Made by a program: the position numbers and the translations under genes. A DNA stretch of 62,916 nt, counting the filler, from Octopus bimaculoides (lineage: Eukaryota), in NCBI RefSeq assembly GCF_001194135.2. It is 6 parts of 6 records of this genome, joined end to end, with 100 filler letters (N's around TTAATTAATTAA, not from the genome) between each part and the next. Parts side by side here need not be neighbours in the genome. Positions count along the whole stretch, not along the records: positions 1 to 22,344 come from NC_068987.1; 5 more parts are not named here. One strand, given 5' to 3'. The number at the start of each line of letters is the position of its first letter. Positions within the stretch are counted from its first letter, which is position 1. Shown piece after piece: positions 1 through 12,427 of this stretch. The notes below the pieces were generated by a model. It was not told the DNA's origin. It made no database searches and saw nothing but the letters and a program-made list of their open reading frames with translations.

Positions 1-8
1 TCTCATTT

Positions 9-54
<46 letters not shown>

Positions 55-56
55 TA

Positions 57-220
57 CGACGGGCTTCTTTCAGTTTCCGTCTACCAAATCCACTCACAAG
101 GCTTTGGTCGGCCCGAGCCTATACTAGAAGACACTTGCCCAAGGTGCCACGCAGTGGGACTGAACCCGGAACCATGTGGTTGGTAAGCAAGCTACTTACC
201 ACACAGCCACTCCTGCGCCT
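57..220 (-). mobile_element. SINE family A, 5' half
   Basis: tRNA-like head (A-box tggctgtgtgg, B-box ggttcagtccc) and body to gaaactgaaagaagcccgtcg, then (TA)n. Confidence 0.9.
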
Positions 221-392
221 ATATAGTAGTAACTCACAATTAACTGGTCCCCTTTTTATCATCCCTTACTTTCCGTCCTCCCTTTCAATTGTTATCTTTC
301 TCACTCTGCATTTCTGTCCTTCTTTCTTCCCGTTTCTTCATCTCTTGAGTGTATTTATTTATATATTTAAAATATGTTTATATATTTTTATA

Positions 393-735
393 GGCGTAGG
401 AATGGCTGTGTGGTAAGTAGCATGCGTACGATCCACATAGCTCCGGGTTCAGTTCCACTGCGTGGTACCTTGGGCAAGTGTCTTCTACTATAGCCTCGGG
501 CCGACCAAAGCCTTGTGAGTGGATTTGGGAGACGGGAACTGAAAGAAGCCTGCCGTATATATGTATATATATGTGTGTGTGTTTGTGTGTCTGTGTTTGT
601 CCCCCCAACATCGCTTGACAACCGATGCTGGTGTGTTTACGTCGTCGTAACTTAGGGGTTCGGCAAAAGTTTCCGATAAAATAAGTACTAGGCTTACAAA
701 GAATAAGTCCTGGGTTCGATTAGCTCAACTAAAAA
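393..735 (+). mobile_element. SINE family A, near full length
   Basis: Head, internal (TA)n(TG)n, 3' half catcgcttgacaaccgatg...aagaataagtcctggg. Confidence 0.9.
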
Positions 736-1600
736 TGCTGTCTCAGATGTGCTCTGTTAGTGAAACTGCTAATATGGGCCTTTCTGTGGCCAATCGCATC
801 GTAGCTAATCGATGTTCTATCCTCTGCGTCTCACTTGTGTATAAGATCGCCTGTAGGACGGTACTATTGAAGAATCTGGTACGCATGACATTGTCTAGCT
901 TCCTTTGGAGCTCATCATATATTGTGTTAAATGCTTTCCACACTGCCCTTATTCTCTGAGACCTCAGCATCCATTTCTGATTTCTTTATTGCCCAGAAGG
1001 GGCTAAACATAGAGGGGACAAACAAGGACAGACAAAGGGATTAAGTCGATTACATCGACCCCAGTGCGTAACTGGTACTTAATTTATCGACCCCGAAGGG
1101 ATGAAAGGCAAAATCGACCTCGGCGGAATTTGAACTCAGAACGTAACGGCAGACGAAATACCGTTAAGCATCTCGACCAACGTGCAAACGTTTCTGCCAG
1201 CTCGCCGCCTCAGCATCCATTTCTGTGCCCATATTCAGTGTGAATATTCGTTCTTGTGCTGCGTCTTTCGCACGCATATTTTTTTATTTCCGTGTTGTTC
1301 ATTGTAAGACCTACGGCTAAGTTCTGAGTGTTCAATTCTGTTAGCAGGTTCTGCATGTCGACTGTGGATTCAACGATAACTACAATGTCCTCTACGAATC
1401 GGAGGTGTTTTAGTTGCTTGCCATTACTGTTCACGCCCCCACCACTCCAACCGATACCTGGATGACTATTTGTAGATATGTGGTAAACAGCTTTGGAGAG
1501 ATGGTGTCTCTTTGCTTCACACCCTTCTCAGTCGGAAGCTTTACAGACGGTGATAGCAGAGCTATATTTAGTGTGAATCCAATGTTCGCATCACTGAGCA
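735..1600 (-). mobile_element. RTE-clade LINE reverse transcriptase relic, interrupted by a SINE
   Basis: KGVKQRDTISPKLFT, GKQLKHLRFVEDIV (LRFADD-like), RIRAVWKAF, FNSTVLQAILYTSET. Confidence 0.85.
980..1207 (-). mobile_element. tRNA-headed SINE family B, complete, 18-bp TSD
   Basis: Head ggcggcgagctggcagaa, B-box gagttcaaattcc, core cctttcatcccttcggggtcgataaattaagtacc. TSD cctcagcatccatttctg at 962-979 and 1208-1225. Confidence 0.92.
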
Positions 1601-1827
1601 TATATAAAATATAATTAAAACAAAATAAAATTATTCTGTAGAAATGCCAGCTTAAAGATGTCAACACGCTGTATCATTTCTGACGTGTGTACACCACGAA
1701 GGAAATGATGTTCTTTAAGATAAAACAATCACGTGACATAAACTGACCAAGAGAGGCCAGAAGACTAATCATTAGAAGTTATTCTAATTATTTTACAGAG
1801 TCTTCATACACACACACACACACACAT

Positions 1828-1863
<36 letters not shown>

Positions 1864-4006
1864 GCGCACACATATGCATTTAGAATACATACTCATATGA
1901 GAATATAATGTTTTTATAATTCAAGTACTTCTTAGGTTTACTTTTTACTTCTTCTCCCCAACCTCAGCTTCTGATGAAGTAAACAATAATGCTTTCTACA
2001 TAATCACAACCTACACTGGTGGAATTCTTTCCAAATTCTTTCTACATCGATAGATAGATAGATAGACAGAAAGTTAGAGAAAGATAGAAAGAGAGAGAGA
2101 GAGTGAGTGAGTGAGTGAGGGATGGAGGAAGGCAGAGAGTCTGAGAAAAATTGCGAGAGAGTTAGAGAGGGAGAGAGTGTGCAGGGAACTATTTGTACAG
2201 TGAGGCTAAATATTTACGTATATTACGTCCATATTACGTGCTTGAAATGTAGAGCACCAATGGGAGGCTCTACAAACTGATTCTCAATAAATAAGAAATA
2301 TACACCATATATCTAATGCTCCTTTATTTCGGCTTATACACTTACACACACACATACGAACACACACACATACACATACACACACATACACACACACATA
2401 CACCCTCTCACACACACACACATATGTATACATATGTATGTATATGTTCAAATATAAATATGTGTGGGCGTGTATATGGATTAATATCTATGTGTGATTA
2501 TATGTGTATGTATGCATATAACGACATCATGAGTGCATGCATATATTCTCATTTATGCATATACGTATATCTTTCCCTGTGTAAGTGCAAACGCAGTCAC
2601 TAAATTTACAATTACATATATATGTATGCATACAAATGTTTATCTTGAAAAACAAACACGAGCGTGTATGCAACGGGGCCTTTATGCTAACAGAAAATCT
2701 GATTATATCTAAATATAACATATATAAATCCACCTCTAAACGCATATACATATGTATGCACAAAATTACACATACATTTACATATAATTACAATCAAAAA
2801 CGCTTACACGCATGTATGCACGCACACATACGCACAAACTCAGTGAGACACACACACGAATGAACTCTGATGCATGCACAGTCAGTTTAACGGGCCAATA
2901 AACAATTTTTAAATGCAGACGATACTCTTTCCATATTGGGTTTCACATCAATCGAAAATAGAATACATTTCAGGCGTCTGAAACACGAAATAAATAAATA
3001 CCCGCACAATTACAGATGTATGCATATTGTTTGTGTTTGCTTCGGCGTGTATTGTTTATATGCAGGTATAAAAAATGTATGAGTACGACTAATGGTACCC
3101 GACGCCAAATTATATCATACATATGTGTATGCAAATTACAGATAAACATGCCAAGATCCATGAATTATTGTTAATGTATTCATAGCCCTATGCAGATTGT
3201 TTAAGAGTTTATATAATATAAACATATATTCTATGTTACATACCCATATGCATGTGTATTTTGAGATTGTGGTTTTATGCAAGGGCTTACGTAAAATGAT
3301 ATAAGTGTTTACCTTAAAAAAACAGATTTCAGTAAATTTTACGGCAGTTCAGATAAAAAAGTATACGCTCGCGCTTATGCAAATACACGGCTCACTACCA
3401 CGATTTCTCAGCGCTGACTGACGATATTATGATGCATGTAGGTATGTGTGCATATATCTATGTGTGTGTGTGTATACAACATACTTACATACATACTCAC
3501 ACACATCTATACTATGATGGATAAAGCTGCTTGTTAGCGCGAATTATGTAACTTTTACTAAAAGAAAGCATTTATTAAATATTTCAACGTTTACAGAATT
3601 CTTTAACATTTATAAAAATTCAAATTTTAATATATTTTAACCCAGAAATATTTTTCAATATTTCGTCATTATTATTATTTCAGATTCAAGTACACGCTTC
3701 AAACATAAAGCTATTTTTTATTTACTGCCGTCAATCATAAAGCAAATTTATATTTGTTGCAGCACAGGTTTGTCTGTCTCCATTCAATTGTTTTCATTTC
3801 AAATTTGTTATTACAAAGTTGTTTTTTTAGATACCTGGAAAATATTGAAATATTTTTACACTATATCAATCGTTTACTATTAGTTATAGTATTGTGATGT
3901 TCTTTTTCTTTTATTCAACGTCTTCTACATTACGTCTTTGATTTTCTTTCTTTCACACAGTTCTGTTATAACTCCTGCTGAATTATTACATTTGGAACCT
4001 CGTTTT

Positions 4007-4158
4007 GTGGCTGTGTGGTAAATAGCTTTTTACCAACCACATGGTACCAGGTTCAGTCCCACTGCGTGGCACCTTAGGAGAGAGTCCTCTACTATAGACT
4101 CGGGCCGCCTAAAGACTTGTGAGTGAATTTGATACACAGAAACTGAAAGAAGCCCGTG
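4007..4158 (+). mobile_element. SINE family A, 5' half
   Basis: Same head and body as 393-735, followed by microsatellite and a gap. Confidence 0.85.
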
Positions 4159-4225
4159 GTATATATATATATATATATAAATAATATATATAAATGCATG
4201 TATATATTTATATCTATCAATCTAT

Positions 4226-4288
<63 letters not shown>

Positions 4289-6209
4289 NNNNNNNNNNNN
4301 NNNNNNNNNNNNNNNNNNNNNNNNNNNNNNNNNNNNNNNNNNNNNNNNNNNNNNNNNNNNNNNNNNNNNNNNNNNNNNNNNNNNNNNNNNNNNNNNNNNN
4401 NNNNNNNNNNNNNNNNNNNNNNNNNNNNNNNNNNNNNNNNNNNNNNNNNNNNNNNNNNNNNNNNNNNNNNNNNNNNNNNNNNNNNNNNNNNNNNNNNNNN
4501 NNNNNNNNNNNNNNNNNNNNNNNNNNNNNNNNNNNNNNNNNNNNNNNNNNNNNNNNNNNNNNNNNNNNNNNNNNNNNNNNNNNNNNNNNNNNNNNNNNNN
4601 NNNNNNNNNNNNNNNNNNNNNNNNNNNNNNNNNNNNNNNNNNNNNNNNNNNNNNNNNNNNNNNNNNNNNNNNNNNNNNNNNNNNNNNNNNNNNNNNNNNN
4701 NNNNNNNNNNNNNNNNNNNNNNNNNNNNNNNNNNNNNNNNNNNNNNNNNNNNNNNNNNNNNNNNNNNNNNNNNNNNNNNNNNNNNNNNNNNNNNNNNNNN
4801 NNNNNNNNNNNNNNNNNNNNNNNNNNNNNNNNNNNNNNNNNNNNNNNNNNNNNNNNNNNNNNNNNNNNNNNNNNNNNNNNNNNNNNNNNNNNNNNNNNNN
4901 NNNNNNNNNNNNNNNNNNNNNNNNNNNNNNNNNNNNNNNNNNNNNNNNNNNNNNNNNNNNNNNNNNNNNNNNNNNNNNNNNNNNNNNNNNNNNNNNNNNN
5001 NNNNNNNNNNNNNNNNNNNNNNNNNNNNNNNNNNNNNNNNNNNNNNNNNNNNNNNNNNNNNNNNNNNNNNNNNNNNNNNNNNNNNNNNNNNTATATATAT
5101 ATATATATATATATGCGTATTGATACATATATGTATATACATATATACATATATGCGTATGTATGTATTAATGTATTTATGCGTGTATGTGTGTGTGCGT
5201 GCTCGTTTGTGTGTGTCTGTGTGTGTGTGTATGTGTGTGCCAATGAAAATAATAATTCAGTAAATCCTTGATTTGTATTGACATGGAACGAACAGGTTCT
5301 TTATTTAAAATTCAATTAGTATCCCATAACCAGAACTATAATAATTAGAGAATGTATGTTTTGCTTTTAATTATTTTTAAACCGAAACTTCACAGTTCAA
5401 CTTTCTCAGGAAATTGTTGGCCTGTAAATAAAAATGTATACTTTAATCCATATCAAATCTTCACTCATGCAGCTTGTCATAGAGAATGAGATTTACACTT
5501 AAAGGGCGATAATTTACTACTTTAGGCAAGCGAAAAGTAGAGAAGCAATAACTTTTCTTAAAGATGCTTGGTTATATTTACAATTATTGTGAAAGTCAGT
5601 ATGAATCTTAAGTGTCACAAGAATTTTCGAATTTTGCATTACATGATATTCGAATGTTTTGATACTTCGTTGTTATATCTGTTTACATTAACTATATCGT
5701 GTGTATGTCTATAAATCTATTTAACTACCTATGTGCCTTCATATCATTCCTTGTAAAATATGGACCACAGAACTAGCCCTCGTGCTCACAAATTATTTCC
5801 GTCTTTTCCTTTACAAATACATCTGTTCTGATCATTGAAAACAGAGTACTGTATGGTTATGCAAAAGTCATATTTTGATTCTGCCAGCTATCGCTTTGCT
5901 ACAGTCACTTCTATAGTCACCTCAGGCAAGGGATACAGCCATTAAAAACGGCTTCCTTTAACACATTAAATCACAGTCTCTCCCAACAACATCTAGTATG
6001 GTTTCCGTGAAGGCAAATCCACACGGGATCATCCGTCATCTGACACCCACCACTGAGCATTTACTTTGTAAATGTTTGGCGAAAGAAGTGTTGCCACACT
6101 CGATAGCTCTTTGTCATCTTATACCAGTATCTCTCTATTAGATCGTACAAATGCCACCTGTGTTGAAAGAATTCATTCTGTCCCTCATCGACCGTAATGC
6201 CTAACTGCT

Positions 6210-6348
6210 CATCGACTGTTTATTTTATAGCTCCGAAAAGACGAAAGACAAAGTCGACCATATCGGAGTGTGAACTCAAAATGTAAAACTGGAAGAAATG
6301 ACGCAAAGCGTTTTTGGAGCGGGCTAAGGATTCTGCCAGGCTGTCGCC
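6210..6348 (-). mobile_element. SINE family B, diverged
   Basis: ggattctgccag head, tgaactca B-box and aaagtcgacc core on the plus strand. Confidence 0.7.
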
Positions 6349-7568
6349 ATAGCCTCCTCGCACTGCAATAAGCAACGCACTGCAAGGCCCACAAGAAGAT
6401 ATTGTCTTCACATTGGGGAGCTTTGTTTCTGCTGTTGCTGCTGCAGTTGCACATGCAGGCACCCAAATTTGCATTTAAAGAAGGGGTAGTCGATTTTTAT
6501 TAATCATAAAAGATAACACAAAGTCCAGCTTCTGGCACACAAATGCATTATTTAATCTCACTGTCATTCCTACTGCTACCACGAGCTCTCTTCCTCGTGC
6601 AGGTCAGTGGTCTCATGTAGATACCAGACAGCATATCTTGTCCCACGTGTGTTTCATCATATCACTGTTCCGGTGTCCGGGCTCACAATTAATTTTCTAC
6701 CCAGATTTTCTACCCAGAAATTTAGTTGGCAGGAAGTTCTCCACTGCTTCCATCATCCAGTCGATGTATTACAAAGGTTCAAAGAACATTAATCGTATAA
6801 GTCTCAAGCTGTGTGTGTGGATGGAATCGTGCACGTACATGTATTGCGTGTTAATTTGTGTATATATACCTGTATGGATGGCATAAGCGTGGCTGTGTGG
6901 TAAGAGGATTGCTTTCCAACCATAGATCCGGATCCAATCCCACCGTGTAAGAAATTGGCCAAGTTCGAAATGGGGGCTGGGATTATAGATCTCATGTTTT
7001 GAGAGTATGAGAGAATCGGGTTCAGTGTGTCTTTAAGGGGTACTTGCTCGCTCTGCTATGCAAAGCTTGCATCGTCTACTCCCGTGTATATAGGACTCCG
7101 GCTGTTCTTTGATCTTCCACTTAATTTCGTATGTGGTACCCTCGTCTTTCAGGTGTCACACATGACTGGCCAGGACGTAACGTATTTCCGAAATGCTAAA
7201 AGAGGATTTATGGTTGTTTAAGTGTTGTTTGTTCAAATGCAGTTCCAGTTGATTCGATATATCTCCGATGTTCAGTGCTGATTGTATCTTCTGTCAGCAT
7301 CGGGCCTGGATCGTTGTTGCCGGTCTGGTGATATCGCTGCATTACTCATCCCCGGTAATACTGGTAGTGTTGCTGCTGCTGTTGCCGATGGTGTTGTGGA
7401 TGCCGTCGCTCCTAATACTGGGCGTGGCTTGGTAGCTTTGCTGATGCTGCTGGTGCTAGCGTGGTCGTCATCCCCGGCCGTAGCACTGGTATTGGTGCTG
7501 CGGCCGTTGCTGAGGATGCTGGTGTTTCTGTCACTTAACGCGTTGCCACACACCCACACACACACGCA

Positions 7569-7623
<55 letters not shown>

Positions 7624-8524
7624 GCGGTTGCGTGTGTGTATATATGCATTTACGTGTGTGTATGTGTACGTGTGTTATTTTTGTTGTTGGTACTCCACGA
7701 GGTTCTCGTAAATTAGCGGTTCGGTATTCATGTTCGGAAGTAAGTATAAGGTACAAGAGTAACAGATATATATACGTACATGCATACATATGTATGTGTG
7801 AGTGTGTGTGTGTGTGAAATTGTTAAACTACAAATATTTAACAGAGGCTTCATAATTCCATTCTAAATCTTGCAGCTGTTCCGTGGATAAAATTACAAAA
7901 GTACAAACATGATCATCCATATATTTATCTCATTAATATATAAAATACATAATTAATTAATTTTAATTTGATACAAAACCTGTTTCATCAGATTTTAAAT
8001 TGAAATATGTAAATATAAATACCGTTCGAGTGTTAAATATGACATAAATGAGTCAACAGAACGACAAATAATTAAACACACAGCTGTTAGCGTATACACA
8101 CGCACGCGTGCACTCACACACACACACACATTTGTATATTCCTACGCATATACATAGATGTAGAAGTTTTTACACGTGCACACACATTCTTTTACATATA
8201 TAAATATGTAATATGTGCTATGTTTAATATATATATATATATATANNNNNNNNNNNNNNNNNNNNNNNNNNNNNNNNNNNNNNNNNNNNNNNNNNNNNNN
8301 NNNNNNNNNNNNNNNNNNNNNNNNNNNNNNNNNNNNNNNNNNNNNNNNNNNNNNNNNNNNNNNNNNNNNNNNNNNNNNNNNNNNNNNNNNNNNNNNNNNN
8401 NNNNNNNNNNNNNNNNNNNNNNNNNNNNNNNNNNNNNNNNNNNNNNNNNNNNNNNNNATATCACAATCATCATTTGAAATTGAAATTTGTTTGATCACCC
8501 TTCGGCAGCAGTCTGAACATGTTT

Positions 8525-8570
<46 letters not shown>

Positions 8571-9670
8571 GTGAGTGTGTATGTATGTGAGTACGTGCAC
8601 CCTTGCGCATATGTACGTGTGTGTATGCGTGTGTGTATAGGTACCCACACACACATTATGTACATACGTTTTATATTTTATACCCACAGTTATACGCATC
8701 CGCATAATCACTCGCAGATACTTTCATCTACCCAAACGTATAATCTTCTTTCTTTCTTTCTTTCTTTAGAGATTGCTTCGAGATTTTTGCTTCAGCTAAA
8801 CGTGATTTGAGTTCCGTCCGTGACGTTCTAAATTTAACCTTTGAATCCAGTTCCTTTTTCCTTTCTTTCTTTCTTTCTGTCTTTCTTTCTTTCGTTCTTT
8901 CTTTCTTTCTCTCTCTCTCTCTCTCTCTCTTTCGTTCACTCTGCCTCTGTCATTCTCTCTCTCTTAACAGCACATAAAACCCAGCATATATACATACAAA
9001 CGCGCACACACAAACAAAAATCATATTATCACACATTTGCTGAAAGGTGACTAAACAAAGTTTAAATTCAGACGATGCTCGTTCCATGAGCAGTTTCACA
9101 TGCTTAACTTGGTTATCATCAGAATTGAAGCGAAACGCAGGGCTCAAAGCCAACATAGCAATCACATACACGCGTGCACACTCACAGAGGGAAACATACA
9201 TACACACATATACGTACATATATTCCTTCCTTTCATTTCTTTCTTTCGACAGCTCCATCCATGCGTGAATNNNNNNNNNNNNNNNNNNNNNNNNNNNNNN
9301 NNNNNNNNNNNNNNNNNNNNNNNNNNNNNNNNNNNNNNNNNNNNNNNNNNNNNNNNNNNNNNNNNNNNNNNNNNNNNNNNNNNNNNNNNNNNNNNNNNNN
9401 NNNNNNNNNNNNNNNNNNNNNNNNNNNNNNNNNNNAACACACAGGTGAGCACTAAAGTGCAAATCAAGGTGGAATAAATAGTACTCAAATACCAAAGGTA
9501 GAGTAGTATGTTTTTATTAAAGCTGCTAAATTATCACAAAACTGTTATCCTGTTCGTGGGACGGTTATGGTATATATATATCTGTGGGTGTGTGTGTGTG
9601 TGTATGTGTGTGTGTGTTTGTGTGTGTGTGAATGTGTGTATACACGAATGTACACACACGCCGCAAACAC

Positions 9671-9697
9671 ATCTATCTATCTATCTAACTATCTATC

Positions 9698-9776
<79 letters not shown>
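9671..9776. repeat. (TATC)n microsatellite; similar tracts at 12378-12426 and 42853-42925
   Basis: Read directly from the sequence. Confidence 0.95.
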
Positions 9777-10803
9777 GTGGTGAAGTGGTGGTGTGCTGCA
9801 TTAAGCTAATGTACATTTATGTCGGAGGTTTTATTGCGGACGAACTAATGATTTTAGAAATGATCTACATAAAGTTTCTTCCGTGTTACTTCTATTTTTA
9901 AGACGTTGTCAGTAAGTGAATTGGTGGTGCAATGGCTGCTATTTCTAGTTCAGCAACAACACACTGCTTGGACGGGCTTGCGTTTTCTCGTAGAGTATAT
10001 CAATATGTTAACTACTTCTGTTTAGGCATATAGCCAGTACTTAAGTAATCACATGAGACTATAAAACGTGAACTTGTTTAAAGCCTTCACCTCACACTCG
10101 CCGGCAAACAACACAACATATAATAAAAACAAAAGGAAAACAAAAACACCAGTAATCTCTTGTACTGAATAACGAATTTTCTCTCCTTTGTATTGTTTAC
10201 TGCTACCATAATTTATTATAAGAAATGGCACAAAGCTGGCCATTGCGTCATAAACATGACGGTCTGTCATTCAGTTAAAAAGTCGATTGTATATCATTAC
10301 TGTAAACGACAGGGGACACACTATATCTACGAAATATTTATGAAATAATAACTGTGTAATTGAAAAATTCAAAGCAAGCGGTAAAATAGTGTTTATATTT
10401 TTTAAACAGCTGAGAAGAAATATGTTTATAGAGACAGGGAAAAATATTAGTCAATATGTAATATTATGCTCACATACCTGACAAAGACAGGACACAATTC
10501 GGCGCGTTCGTACGTTTTATTCACATATCATTATCGAATCTAAGTATTTTCAACACAAACTATATCTTTTGTTCATAAGTTCACTAAAGTCTATACACTT
10601 CAAATAGGTTCAAAATAGCATAAATCCATGCGCAGAGTTGCCTGCCGTATGATCAATATAAGGGGAAAATCATATTTTCTTCAGTGAATAGCACATTTGT
10701 TTGAGAACATAATTTCTCTTTGGTTGTCTCACTCTCGCTAATATATATNNNNNNNNNNNNNNNNNNNNNNNNNNNNNNNNNNNNNNNNNNNNNNNNNNNN
10801 NNN

Positions 10804-10839
<36 letters not shown>

Positions 10840-11318
10840 CCGGGTGGTCGGTTGAAGATTGGTAAGTGCATGTGTTATTTTGCATGTATGTTTATATGGA
10901 TGAATTAATGTGTTTCGAGCGTAAAGTTAAATGAATGCCTATGGCTGTGCAATTAACTGCAGCTTTCCCAAAGAATCAATATATTAAGTTGCAATAGATT
11001 TACCTCATCTTACCTGAAATGCAACGCTATGGCATGAACGTATTACAATTCACGGAATAGCCAAGCCAAGCTCTAAAAAGAAATCGTGTACACAAACATA
11101 TGTATATACTAATCTGCCTTCATATATAAATACAAACAGACACATAAATATGGATGTTTGAGTGCGTTACGTGCGATTATTCACGAGTGTCAATGGTTAT
11201 CAGTTTGTTTCAGTGAAAGTGCATGTCTATCTAAATATGTATTTTGGACTTATGTGCACCTGTTTAAGCCCATTTTATGTAGGTCTGAGTGCACAACTCG
11301 CCTTGATCTGTAAATATA

Positions 11319-11896
11319 CAGTAATGACTCGATATACGAGTTAATTCGTTCCCGAAACCGCTCGTGAAGCGACGAAACCCGTAAAGCAGACCAATAACTT
11401 TCCATAGTAGCAATGTTCATGAATCGTAATTAGTTCTCAGAAATACCTTTTACCTATAAAATTTAAAATACTCGTAAATAAATGACAATAAATCAACAGT
11501 AGAAGGTAAAGAATATTTTATGTGAAGTAAAAAGAATAACAAGATCATTTATAATAAAACAATATTATTAATATTATAATCATTTTCTGAATCACTTTCA
11601 CTCCCACTAGACTCGTGCACACCATCACTTGTAGACGCGATCGCCGATTCACAAGCATTCGTAGACGGATTTATAGACTTCTTTTTAAAAACACAAGTCC
11701 AGAGTTATTTGCTGAGAAGAGGTCTTTTTCGCTCTCTATAAATTTCTCGCTAATACGCAGATGCATTTGTTATGGTGGTAGAAACTTTTGCACTTCGTTC
11801 AAAATATGGATCTTAGCCTTTTCACATTTATTATAAAATAATGCTCGCAAACCCGGTCTCTTGTAACGCGGGTCCTCGTAAAGTGAGCTATTACTG
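11319..11896. mobile_element. Tc1/pogo (Tigger-like) MITE, 578 bp
   Basis: TA|CAGTAATGACTCGATATACGAG ... CTCGTAAAGTGAGCTATTACTG|TA: imperfect 22-bp TIR with TA target duplication, no ORF. Confidence 0.75.
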
Positions 11897-12375
11897 TACA
11901 TATCTTTGAATTCTATAAAGTGAATAAACACTTACATATATGATGAAATGTCACTACGTTCATATACTAATGAAAATTTATACTTTTAGCTTATTTAAAT
12001 ATTTAATTATTGAGTTGATTCGAAGCCTTGTGAACATTGCTTTCATTGGAACACAATCGCAAGTAATTCTTTTCTTTACGTCATTAGTGTTTAGCTTAGC
12101 ACTTTAGAATAATTGATGTCTCTATTTTGGTAGTTGACGAAACTGAGCTGTTGAAAGTTAAACTGAATATGGCTGGCTTGAGAATTGGGAGAGCGTATTT
12201 TTTCATGTAATGTTCAACAGATACTCTCATCATGTTTTTGATTTCTTTAGGTAAAGAATTAAAGATATAGGATTCCCTGATGGCATCATTATTTTAATGT
12301 AGTCTTATTCCCTAAATTATGAAACCCCAATTCACACCTCACGAGTTCTTTCTTGTTTCATTCTAATTATATAGC

Positions 12376-12427
<52 letters not shown>

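Noticed and set aside
4092-5271. Long ORFs spanning N runs (also at 20.2-21.5, 24.9-25.8, 43.5-44.3 and 53.2-53.8 kb)
   Set aside because: Open only because N codons are untranslatable. The flanks are YIYI, CVCV or ERER microsatellite translations.
9064-9130. Minus-strand CTGATGA...GAAAC...GTC hammerhead-like string
   Set aside because: Stem III is plausible, but stems I and II do not pair next to the core. It may be a very old relic or chance.
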